Origin: Mycoplasmoides pneumoniae FH | Lineage (GTDB): Bacteria > Bacillota_I > Bacilli_A > Mycoplasmatales > Mycoplasmoidaceae | DNA: 32,000 bases | Assembly (NCBI RefSeq): GCF_001272835.1 | Contig: NZ_CP010546.1 | Span: 392,809-424,808 of the forward strand | Direction: 5' to 3' | In this document: positions 11,189-20,732 of the stretch, one piece after another | Layout: each line of letters begins with the position of its first letter | Position numbering within the stretch: position 1 is the stretch's first letter | Position numbers and translations under genes: made by a program | Notes under the pieces: generated by a model | Database searches by the model: none | Told to the model about the DNA's origin: nothing | The model's input: only the letters and a program-made list of their open reading frames with translations

Positions 11189-13336
11189 ATGGCATTTAAC
11201 ATTAGCACTCAACTCAATAAGGAACAACGAGCCGCTGTTACCTGTGGTAAGGGTGTCAACATTGTCTATTCTGGTGCTGGTACTGGTAAGACCACCATTA
11301 TTTCCCAACGCTTTGCTTATTTATTTAACCAAAAGCGAATTAATCCTAGCAACATTTTGGCGTTAACCTATACAAGGAAAGCGGCGAGTGAGATGAAGCA
11401 GCGGATTTTGGAGCTGTTACCGGAAAAGTATCATAAGGATGTCAACATTTACACCTTCCACAGCTTTTGTAGCCGTTTTTTACGTGAAGAAGGGCAAAAA
11501 AACTTTGTGATTGATGATGACTTAAGTAACTTTCTAAAAGACTTTCTCAAAGAGAGTGAACTAAAAAGTCAAAAGGTATTACAAATTATTGACGGTTTTA
11601 AAAACGCTTACTTTGATTTTGATACCAACAGCTTAAAGGATGATGAAAGATTGGTCGAGTTGTGTGAGTTTCATTTAGACCCCCAAGAGCGTAACTTTCA
11701 ACTTTTCAAAGAAACCGCTATTGCTGCTTTTGTTGAATATGAAAAAGGTAAACAACAGAACAATAAAATTGACTTTGCTGATTTATTAATTAAAACTTGC
11801 ACTTTACTGAGCAAAGATCACAAATTATTGCGCAAGTGATCGAAAAAATTTCAGTACATTTTAGGTGATGAGTTTCAAGATACCAACCAAATTCAGTATG
11901 AACTAATTAAGATGTTGGCCAGCCATCACCAAAACCTTTTTTTAGTGGGTGACAATAACCAGATGATTTACCGCTGAAGGGGCGCGGTTAGTGACATTAT
12001 TGATTCTTTAAAAAGTGATTTTAAGGTAAGACCCGAAAACGAGTTTTACATTACCCAAAACTACCGTTGTGATCAGAACATCTTAACGGTGGCAAACTCG
12101 ATTCTAGGCACCATTTATGCCAAAGAAAACCAACCTGATTCAACTAAAGGCTTTCTTTTTTCTGCCATTAAATCAAACCGGCTTCCAGTTTATTTCCAAG
12201 CCTCTTCAGTTGAAGGCCAACATTCTTGAATTATCAATAAGATTAAGAATTTACATAAAAACCATGGCATTCAATACAAAGACATGGCTATTTTGTTTCG
12301 CACCAACAGAAACATGGATTCGATGACTGAAGCGCTTGAAGCTGATGGCAGTATTCCCCTTAAGCAAAATAAGGGTTTTTTTAAACAGTTAGAGACTTTT
12401 AAAAAGGTATTAGTGGCACTCATAACTAGGTCAAACTATGACATTAAACTAGCTTTAAAAAGTTTGCGGGTTTGACCTAATGTTTTAAATAAAAGTCTCA
12501 CTGTAAACGAGCAAGTGAATTTAGATAAAATCTTGCAAAACTTAGAGCAAGCCATTTTTTTAGATGAGCATACTCGGGGTGAGTTGACGGAAGCTGCTAA
12601 AGTTTTTACGCGTTTAATTAAGTTTGTTGAAGAACAACAGTTTGAAGCTTTATTAGCCTTTACTTTTGAGGCATTAAATACTGATCAGTTTGTCTGCAAC
12701 TTTATTTTTAGAACATTGCAAAAACTGCAAACTGAAAATAAAAACTTCACCATTACCGATTTTATTAACGAGTTAAGGTTCCAACAAGATGAGTTAAAGC
12801 AGTCCAAAGATAATGTGATTAATTTAATTACAGTGCACTCTGCTAAGGGCTTGGAATTTGAAGCTGTCTTTATTTATGGGATCAATCAAGACAACTTTCC
12901 GCTCAAATCGAAGAATCAAATAATAGATCTACAAAGAGAATTGGATGAACTACGCCTTTTTTATGTGGCCTTGACAAGGGCAAAGAAATACTTGTTTTTA
13001 CTTTCAGTTTATCAAATGAGTGGTGAAATTATTTACCCCTCTAAATTCATTCGTTTTATCAATAAAGAGGATAGACTAGAAATTGCCACCATTAACCATA
13101 AAGTTCACCAGGATGATGAATTCTTCGATTCTTCTAAAACAGAAGACTATCAAAAAAAGTATTTAACAGAAAATACGGATTTTGTTAATGGTGACTCTGT
13201 TAGCCACCGTACTTATGGTAAGGGCGTTGTTGTTGAAGTTAGAGAAGATGCAGTCTGTGTCGCTTTTAAAAACAGTAAGTACGGACAGAGGTGAATTGTT
13301 AAAAATCACCGTGATTTGGTGAAGGCTGTGTATTAG
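11189..13336 (+). CDS. pcrA: PcrA/UvrD-type ATP-dependent DNA helicase (715 aa)
   Basis: One frame joins track ORFs 11189, 12284 and 12515 through TGA at 11837, 11975, 12228, 12473 and 13292. Motifs [30 protein letters not shown] (W = TGA), [19 protein letters not shown] and YVALTRAK. The C-terminus is a PcrA-like [17 protein letters not shown]. The stop is TAG 13334-13336. Confidence 0.9.
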
Positions 13337-13476
13337 TTATGATCTGCTATTAAAAAAGAAATTGTAATAATAAAAATGAACAAGTTTTTACCAATTTAAT
13401 AACTAAAATTAAAATCCTTATTAATTGTTAGTAATAACAACTTTCAACATAACTAAATAACTAAACTCACTATATC

Positions 13477-15108
13477 ATGGAAAAGAAACGTACTGAACAA
13501 CGTAATGGCGTTGAAAAGAAGATTTGAGAAATAGCTGATAAATTAAGGGGAACCATTGATGGATGGGACTTTAAAAGCTATGTTTTAATTGGTCTTTTTT
13601 ACCGTTTTCTTTCCGAAAACCTATGCAAATATTTTAACGATTCTGAAAGAAGGAATAATCCTGATTTTAGTTACGAAAATTTAACAGATGATTATGAAGC
13701 AATTGATGCATTAAAAGATGCTGCCATTGCAAGTAAAGGCTTTTTTATTAAGCCATCTCAGCTTTTTCAAAATGTTGTTAAAAGTATTCGTGAAAATAAA
13801 AATAACGAAGATCTAAATACAACTTTGCGCGATATCTTCGATGATATTGAAAAGTCTACTGAACTAGGTGATGGAAGAAGTAAAGAATCCTTTAAAGGTC
13901 TTTTCAAAGACTTTAATGTTTCTGAGGTTAAGTTAGGTTCTACTTTAACGATCCGAACAGAGAAATTAAAAGAACTTTTAACAAGCATTGACACAATGGA
14001 GCTCGATGAATTTGAGAAAAATTCTATCGATGCATTTGGTGATGCATATGAGTTTTTAATTTCCATGTATGCACAAAATGCTGGAAAAAGTGGGGGTGAG
14101 TTTTTTACACCCCAAGATGTATCTGAACTTCTCGCTAGAATTGCGATTGGCAAAAAGGACACCGTTGATGATGTTTATGACATGGCTTGTGGCAGTGGTT
14201 CTTTACTTTTACAAGTAATTAAAGTTTTAGGTAAAGAAAAAACTTCACTGGTTAGCTATTACGGTCAGGAAATAAACCACACAACTTACAACCTTTGTCG
14301 GATGAATATGATTCTCCACAATATTGATTACGCTAATTTCAATATTATTAACGCTGATACTTTAACAACGAAGGAGTGGGAGAAGCATTACGTAAATTGC
14401 TCAAATGAAAATGGGTTTGAAGTTGTGGTTTCCAATCCACCATATTCCATTAGTTGAGCTGGTGATAAAAAATCCAATTTAGTAAGTGACGTTCGTTTTA
14501 AAGATGCAGGGACATTGGCACCTAATTCAAAAGCTGATTTAGCTTTTGTTTTACATGCTCTATATGTATTAGGTCAAGAAGGTACAGCAGCAATTGTTTG
14601 TTTCCCTGGAATCTTGTACCGTGAAGGTAAAGAGCAAACCATTAGAAAATACCTAGTTGATCAAAACTTTGTTGATGCAGTGATCCAATTACCAAGTAAT
14701 CTTTTTAGCACAACATCAATCGCTACTTCAATTCTTGTTCTCAAGAAAAATCGTGATAAAAAAGATCCCATTTTCTTCATTGATGGTTCTAACGAATTTG
14801 TTAGAGAAAAGAAGAATAACCGCTTAAGTCCAAAAAATATTGAAAAGATTGTTGATTGCTTTAATAGCAAAAAAGAAGAAGCTAATTTTGCAAAGGCGGT
14901 TGAAAGGGACAAAATTAGGGAATCTAACTACGACCTTACAGTAGGTAAATACGTAAACTCAGAGGCTGAAAAGGAAGAATTAGATATTAAGGTTTTGAAT
15001 CACTCTATTGATGAAATAGTAGATAAACAAAAAGATCTAAGAACTAAAATTAAGGATATTATTCAGGATATCAAAGTAGATTTTGACAACATTGATATTA
15101 ATAACTAG
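13477..15108 (+). CDS. hsdM: Type I restriction-modification system methyltransferase subunit HsdM (543 aa)
   Basis: ATG 13477. The N-terminus IWEIADKLRGTIDGWDFKSYVLIGLFYRFLSENL is typical of HsdM. The AdoMet motif is DMACGSGSLL and the catalytic NPPY lies at 14434-14445. TGA codons fall at 13525 and 14455. The stop is TAG 15106-15108. Confidence 0.95.
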
Positions 15109-15177
15109 TTGATAATAAAGCAATTCTTTGTTAATTTACAAGAATTTAAAAACTAATAAATTAATTTCATTATTGTT

Positions 15178-16299
15178 GTGCAAATTAAAACTTACAAAAT
15201 CAAGGATATTTGCGAGATCTCAAGAGGCAAAGCAATTACTAAAAAATACATTAAGGATAATCCTGGTCAATATCCGGTTTATTCATCTACTACTGCTAAT
15301 AACGGTGAAATTGGCAGAATAAAGGATTACGATCTTGATGGCGAATACGTTACCTGAACTACAGATGGTATATATGCAGGTACTGTTTTTTATCGTAACG
15401 AAAAGTTTAATGCTTCTCAGCACTGCGGTGTTTTAAAACTTAAAAATAACGAAATAAGTGCTAAGTTTTTAACTTATGCATTAGGAATGGAGGCTCCTAA
15501 ATTTGTTAATAATGCTTGTCCTATTCCTAACCTCAATTTATCAAGAACTGAGGAAATTGAATTAGATTTCCCACCCTTGCAAATTCAGCAGAAAATTGCT
15601 ACTATCTTAGATACTTTTACCGAGCTAAGCGCCGAGCTAAGAGAGCGAAAGAAGCAGTATGCCTTCTATCGCGATTATCTGCTCAACCAAGAAAATATCC
15701 GAAAAATTTACGGAGCAAATATACCTTTCGAAACTTTTCAAGTAAAGGATATTTGTGAAATTAGAAGAGGTCGAGCGATAACTAAAGCGTATATTAGGAA
15801 TAATCCTGGAGAAAATCCAGTTTATTCCGCAGCTACCACAAATGATGGTGAGTTAGGACGTATTAAAGATTGCGATTTTGATGGTGAATACATCACTTGA
15901 ACTACAAATGGTTATGCTGGAGTAGTTTTTTATCGTAATGGCAAGTTTAATGCATCACAAGATTGCGGTGTTTTAAAGGTTAAAAATAAAAAAATCTGCA
16001 CCAAATTCCTATCCTTTTTATTAAAGATAGAAGCACCAAAATTCGTTCATAATCTAGCTTCAAGACCAAAACTAAGCCAAAAAGTAATGGCTGAAATTGA
16101 ACTCTCTTTTCCACCTCTAGAAATTCAAGAAAAGATTGCTGATATTCTCTTTGCCTTTGAAAAACTTTGCAATGATTTAGTAGAAGGTATTCCTGCCGAA
16201 ATTGAATTGCGTAAAAAGCAATTGGATTACTATCAGAATTTCTTATTTAATTGAGTGCAAGAACAAAAGAAGAACTCACTTTCTACTAATCTAAATTAA
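15178..16299 (+). CDS. hsdS: Type I R-M specificity subunit HsdS, Type IC-like, made of two homologous halves (373 aa)
   Basis: The start is GTG 15178, the first start codon after TAA 15157. The frame passes through TGA at 15355, 15898 and 16252 to TAA 16297-16299. Each half has a target-recognition domain (KDICEI.RG.AITK...GEY.TWTT) followed by a conserved helix (FPPLQIQQKIATILDTFTEL / FPPLEIQEKIADILFAFEKL and RKKQYAFYRDYLL / RKKQLDYYQNFLF). Confidence 0.9.
15622..15645 (+). repeat. Imperfect 12-nt tandem (gagctaagcgcc / gagctaagagag) in the central conserved helix of hsdS
   Basis: Read directly from the sequence. It encodes ELSA-ELRE within TELSAELRERKKQY, at the position of the TAEL-type repeats of Type IC HsdS proteins. 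Confidence 0.6.
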
Positions 16300-16318
16300 A
16301 GGTTATTTCTTAACCTTT
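16298..16318 (+). terminator. Weak hairpin immediately after the hsdS stop codon
   Basis: aaaggtta (16298-16305) pairs with taaccttt (16311-16318) around the loop tttct. The stem is AT-rich and has no clean U-run, so support is low. Confidence 0.25.
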
Positions 16319-16507
16319 GAGAGTTTCTTTAATTAAAAAAGAAATTTCTTAATTTTGTTGACATTTCTAATTAAGCCGTTCAATTTATTTAGTGTAAAGA
16401 GCGCATATGCATTACACATATAAATTGAAAATCGGGCACTTGTTAAATTTAGCTCAATTCTTATACAAAATTGAACGTTTTAGTTATTTTTTAGATTCTC
16501 CAAAGAA

Positions 16508-16513
16508 AGGAGG
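16508..16513 (+). promoter_or_regulatory. Canonical Shine-Dalgarno AGGAGG, 8 nt upstream of ATG 16522
   Basis: aaaggagggattttttATG, read directly. Most other genes in the window lack an obvious SD and are translationally coupled by overlaps instead. Confidence 0.6.
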
Positions 16514-16521
16514 GATTTTTT

Positions 16522-17172
16522 ATGCCTAAAATTATTTCTAAACGAGAATTCAACATTCTTAGAAAAACAAAAGAAGAAATCTTTTCTCAAATTGTTTACA
16601 CTAAGAAGAGAAACGGTCTGCACAAGGCTGCCAAAGAATATTACTTCAAGGACAAAGACTTTACAATAATAGAAGATCAACAGGATCGACCTGATAAACC
16701 TGAGGAACTGGACACACCGGATATTCCAAAGCCACCAAAACCTCCCAAGGGTCCTGATCAACCCGAGGAACCAGGCCAACCAGGTGGTCCCGATGATCCT
16801 AATTCAGGAAATAAAAAGATGCCAAAGCCAGACGAATTTGTAACCCACAGACAACTTCAAGAATTTAAGAAGGATCTTTTAGTGGAACTTCACGAAATCT
16901 TTCCTACAAAACCTGAATTAAAACGGGTTGAAGAAAAAGTTGATGTTCTGTTTGAACTTCAAAAAGCTCAGGGTGAACAAATAAGAATCCAAGGTGAACA
17001 AATCAAAGAACTGAAAGTGGAGCAAAAAGCCCAGGGCGAAACCCTACAGCTAATCTTGCAAACACTACAAAAGATGAACGATCGTCTGGATAAGATCGAA
17101 GGTAAAATGGACAAAATGGAAAGTAGAATGGATAAAATGGAAACTCGCTTAGACAAACTAGAGTCCAAATAA
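16522..17172 (+). CDS. DUF16-family coiled-coil protein (216 aa; MPN344-like from memory)
   Basis: Uninterrupted ORF with no TGA codons. It has a basic N-terminus, a Pro-rich segment (16687-16800, [39 protein letters not shown]), then heptad coiled coil ending [28 protein letters not shown]. Confidence 0.8.
   Translation: MPKIISKREFNILRKTKEEIFSQIVYTKKRNGLHKAAKEYYFKDKDFTIIEDQQDRPDKPEELDTPDIPKPPKPPKGPDQPEEPGQPGGPDDPNSGNKKMPKPDEFVTHRQLQEFKKDLLVELHEIFPTKPELKRVEEKVDVLFELQKAQGEQIRIQGEQIKELKVEQKAQGETLQLILQTLQKMNDRLDKIEGKMDKMESRMDKMETRLDKLESK
17086..17169 (+). repeat. Four tandem 21-nt (heptad) units at the 3' end of the DUF16 gene
   Basis: ctggataagatcgaaggtaaa / atggacaaaatggaaagtaga / atggataaaatggaaactcgc / ttagacaaactagagtccaaa, read directly. 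Confidence 0.7.
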
Positions 17173-17211
17173 ATCTAATTGAAATAAGAATAACAGCAGT
17201 TAATTTTTAGG

Positions 17212-17226
17212 TTAGCACGTTGCTAA
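17212..17226 (+). terminator. Candidate small hairpin plus T-rich tail downstream of the DUF16 gene
   Basis: ttagca-cgt-tgctaa followed by tttatt. The stem is only 6 bp and the loop is tight, so support is low. Confidence 0.25.
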
Positions 17227-17354
17227 TTTATTCATAAAAGAAGAACTATTATTAGTTATTTATTCAGCTTCTTCAGTGGTCTTTAAAGAAATATTAGTAT
17301 TTAATAAAAAAATTTATTGTTGTTAAAGTTTAAACTCTAGTATTTCTTATTTAT

Positions 17355-17392
17355 CATTAAGTTATTTAATTAACATTAAGTTATTTAATTAA
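17355..17392 (+). repeat. Perfect 19-bp tandem duplication (cattaagttatttaattaa x2), 22 nt upstream of the hsdR ATG
   Basis: Copy 1 spans 17355-17373 and copy 2 spans 17374-17392. They are identical base for base and are followed by the partial echo cttatttaacttaat. Confidence 0.9.
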
Positions 17393-17413
17393 CTTATTTA
17401 ACTTAATCTTCAC

Positions 17414-20400
17414 ATGGAAAAACTGGATTTTTTAAAGATAAAAAAAGATTGAACTGTACCAGTTGAATATCAACCTAGTGATCAAAAAATAGAGTGACAA
17501 TCTTCAAGAAAAATAGTTCAAAATTTAAAAAACAAACTTTTATCCTTGGGTTATGAAGATATTAGCAAGGGTTTTGACGAAATTCCTAAATTCTTAGAGA
17601 AAAATTTAAGAAATCAACTTAGCTTATTAAACGATTTTCAATTTTCCGATAGAGAGTGATCAGATTTTTTAAATAACTTTATTTTTCAATTAGGTGACGG
17701 CAAAAAAGGAAGAATTGAAAAAATCCAAAAAGGTGAGCTTTATGAACTAAAAGATGAAAATGACAGAATCATTAAAAATGTTCGTTTAGTAAATAAAAGA
17801 GAACTATCTAAAAATAAATTGCAATTTATTTGCCAAGATGAAAGGAATGAGGTTATTATATTCATCAATGGCCTTCCTTTTGTTTTAATAAGTATCTTTG
17901 AATTTAATTCACCACTTCAATCAAGCTTTCAAGCATGAAAAATTATTAATTCCCTAATAGATGACGAAAAATTTAAAAAGTTTTCCGATTACTTGCACCT
18001 TTTTGTTTGAACAAACGCAAAGGAAACAAGATACTGCTCAATAACAACATGGGATAACCTTAAAGAAAAAAGGAAATCAGTAAGAGGATTGTCAAACTCT
18101 TCTTTTAAAAGTTTGATGAGATGAAGTGACTCTGAAAACAATAAAATCGACTATATTGAAGACTTTGCAACTCATTTTTTAAACAAAAACGCCTTATTAA
18201 ACGTTATTTGTAAATTTTGTGTGTTCAGGTCAAATAGTGATCTTTGAGTTATGCGTCCTTACCAAATATGCGCAACTGAAAGAATTTTAGAAAAAATAAA
18301 AGAAGACAATAGGAACAGTAAAAACTCTAAAAATGCAAGTAAGGGCGGCTGTATTTGACACTCAACCGGAAGTGGTAAAACACTAACTTCTTTTAAAGCT
18401 GTTCAATTGGCTAGTGAAATAGACTTTGTTGATAAAGTCCTTTTCGTTGTTGACAGGAAAGACTTGGACAACCAAACGATCGAAGAATATGAAAAGTTTC
18501 AAGCGGGTTCTGTTAGCGAAACTGAGAACACAAATGATCTTAAAGAAAAGATATTAGACGATAGTACCGCCACACGTGCAATTGTTACTACTATTCATAA
18601 ACTTAAGAGGTTAATAGATCAGAGAAGTAAGCTTAAAGACGAAGATCTTAAAAAGAAAAACATCGTTCTTATATTCGATGAATGTCATCGATCTCAATTT
18701 GGAAAAATGAAACAAGAAATCGATGAGTTTTTTTAAAATGGGATTTTATTTGGCTTTACTGGAACGCCTATTTTTGAAAGTGAATATTCAGACAAGAATC
18801 AAACTCTAGAGAACCAGCAAAAGACAACTAGAAGTAAATTTGGTGAAATTATTCATACCTATACAATGTCTGATGCTTTGGATGACGAAAATGTACTTTG
18901 TTTTAGGTATAAGAGTTATTACATTAAAGATGATGGAAGCCGAATTGATACATTAAATGAAGAGAGAATTAAGCATATTGTTGATTTCACTTTAGATAAA
19001 TATCTAGATGCAACACAAAATACTCCGAAATTTGATAATTTTGAAAATCCTGTAAAAGAAGGGTTTAATTCGATTTTTGCCTGTGAGAGTAAAGAAGCAG
19101 CAATCGAATACTATAAAGAATTCAAAAAACAAATTGAACAAAAGAAGCTACCAATTAAAATTGCAAGCATTATAGCGCAAACGAAGGTAGTGATGAACAA
19201 GAAATTAGTGTAAAAGGTCTTGATAAATCCTCAAAGAGTTTTCTAAGTCAAATCATTTCTGATTACAACGAAACCTTTCAAACAAACTTTAGCATTAACA
19301 ATCTAGATGAATATTACAAAAATGTTTCTGATAGATTAAAGCCAAAAAAGACAAAAAATTTAGATGGTGAAAATAAAAACACAAATGGCTGAGAAATCGA
19401 CATTTTAATTGTTGTTAACATGTTCTTAACTGGTTTTGATGCACCAACCCTTAATACACTTTGAGTAGATAAGAATTTAAGCGAACACACTTTAATCCAA
19501 GCTTTTTCAAGAACTAATAGATGTTTTGGAGAAACTAAAAAATTCGGAAACATTTTTAGCTTTAGAGATATAAGAGAAAACTTCGATCAAGCTCTAAAAA
19601 TGTACGCAGACAAGCGTGGTCTTAAGGATATAAGATCCAACATGGTTATGCGAGAATTTGAGGAAGTTTTTGAAAAATTCAAAGATTGAACCGAGAAAAT
19701 AAAACAAAAATACCCAAATCCAGATGAAATTCTTAATTTAGAAAAAGAAGAAAAGTGAGATTTTTCTGATCTTTTTGGTGAATTTCTTGGAGATTACAGA
19801 ACTGTAAAAAGCTATCATGAATTCGACAAAGACAACCCTTATCTTCCAAGTGATGAATTCAATAAATATTTTGCTGCGTTTTCTCAAATTCAAGAAGAAA
19901 TAAGGAAAGAAAAGGCAGAGAAAAAAGCGCTAGAAGTACAAGAAGAAGATTTATCAAATGAAGTACGAAAAGAACCGCAAATCTTTTCTTGAGAATATGG
20001 TGAGGGTATTCAAGCCAATTTAGATTACATTTTTCATCTAATTAAGGATCTCTATAATTGTGATAATGAGCAAGATAGACAAAAAGTATTAGACAAAATT
20101 AAGACTGCAATTAGAACAAATCCAGAGATTCAAGTGAATGAAGATATTCTTAATGAATTTATAGAGGACTTAGGGAAGTCGTTCGAGAAAGAAAAACTTG
20201 AAGAAGTTTGAAAAACAGAAGGTAAATTACGTGAGTGTTTAAAGGATTTCTGTAAAAAGAAGGAAGAAAGCAATAAGAAAAAAATTATTAATGACTTTTT
20301 AGTTAAAGGAGTTTTCCTTGTTGAATGAGTAGCTGATAAACAACTAAATACAGCTAAAAAGAAAGGTGAATACAGTCCTTCTTGATCTGATACAGAAAAA

Positions 20401-20550
20401 TTAATTTGAAAAGAAAAATCAACCAATCTTCCAACTATGACAGAAAAAGATGAAGATGGCAATTTCAAGTGAAGAAAATTAATTACAGATATCTCGGAAG
20501 CTTTTAAAAATCACTTCGAAAGATTTATCCGCTTTGTTGAAATTAGATAG
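17414..20550 (+). pseudogene. hsdR: Type I R-M restriction subunit HsdR, disrupted by an in-frame TAA and a 1-nt frameshift (intact length would be about 1045 aa)
   Basis: Fragment 1 (17414..18736) has MRPYQ, HSTGSGKTLT and FDECHRSQ, then EFF-TAA. The same frame continues as NGILFGFTGTPIF (helicase motif III) to TAA 19211-19213. The next frame is open from 19159 and carries ANEGSDEQ...DYNETFQTNFS...[29 protein letters not shown]...QAFSRTNR through to TAG 20548-20550. I translated all three segments by hand and found only TGA (Trp) codons inside them. Confidence 0.9.
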
Positions 20551-20595
20551 TTTTAAATTATTATCTATAAATCAGGTTTTCAACCATAGATTACT

Positions 20596-20730
20596 ATGGA
20601 AAAGAAAAATAAAAAAAATACTGCAACCGTTCCCACCAAAGAACAATTGGATGGCATGTTTAAATCTCTTGAAAAAGAAGAGAACTATGATGTCTTTGTT
20701 CAAGTCATAAAAGCTTTAGGTAAGATGTAG
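20596..20730 (+). CDS. Small ORF (44 aa), candidate partner or antitoxin of the downstream Doc-like gene
   Basis: It runs from ATG 20596 to TAG 20728-20730 and encodes MEKKNKKNTATVPTKEQLDGMFKSLEKEENYDVFVQVIKALGKM. The stop lies 2 nt before GTG 20733. I recognise no homology, so support comes only from position and coupling. Confidence 0.3.
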   Translation: MEKKNKKNTATVPTKEQLDGMFKSLEKEENYDVFVQVIKALGKM

Positions 20731-20732
20731 TT

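Noticed and set aside
11189-13336. In the supplied track, pcrA, dnaG, cysS, glyQS, hsdM, hsdS and others appear as strings of short ORFs, which suggests pseudogenes.
   Set aside because: All the interruptions are TGA codons. Conserved motifs continue in the same frame on both sides of each one. These are intact genes under translation table 4. Only hsdR (TAA plus a frame change) and the first gene (frame change) have genuine lesions.
13767-14912. Minus-strand ORFs 13767..14162 and 14661..14912 lie opposite hsdM. Similar ORFs 19314..19553 and 20130..20468 lie opposite hsdR.
   Set aside because: They are antisense shadows in AT-rich coding sequence. They have no recognisable motifs, and the sense strand carries unambiguous Hsd motifs.
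15128-15322. Track ORF 15128..15322 looked like a possible hsdS start or leader peptide.
   Set aside because: It is in a different frame from the TRD-encoding frame. The HsdS frame opens after TAA 15157 and starts at GTG 15178, giving MQIKTYKIKDICEISRGKAI, which matches the second half of the protein.
16358-16425. A perfect TTGACA (16358-16363) and a TATAAAT (16419-16425) lie upstream of the DUF16 gene and could form a promoter.
   Set aside because: The two elements are about 55 nt apart, and the hexamer 17 nt after TTGACA is caattt. No convincing -35/-10 pair results. In such AT-rich spacer these matches are expected by chance, so TSS data are needed.
20596-20730. I looked in the 44-aa ORF for the class I Fic antitoxin inhibitory motif (S/T)xxxE(G/N).
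   Set aside because: The closest match, SLEKEEN, has Glu rather than Gly or Asn at the sixth position. The downstream protein is also Doc-type (NKR) rather than an AMPylating Fic. I therefore make no claim that it works as a FicA-like inhibitor.
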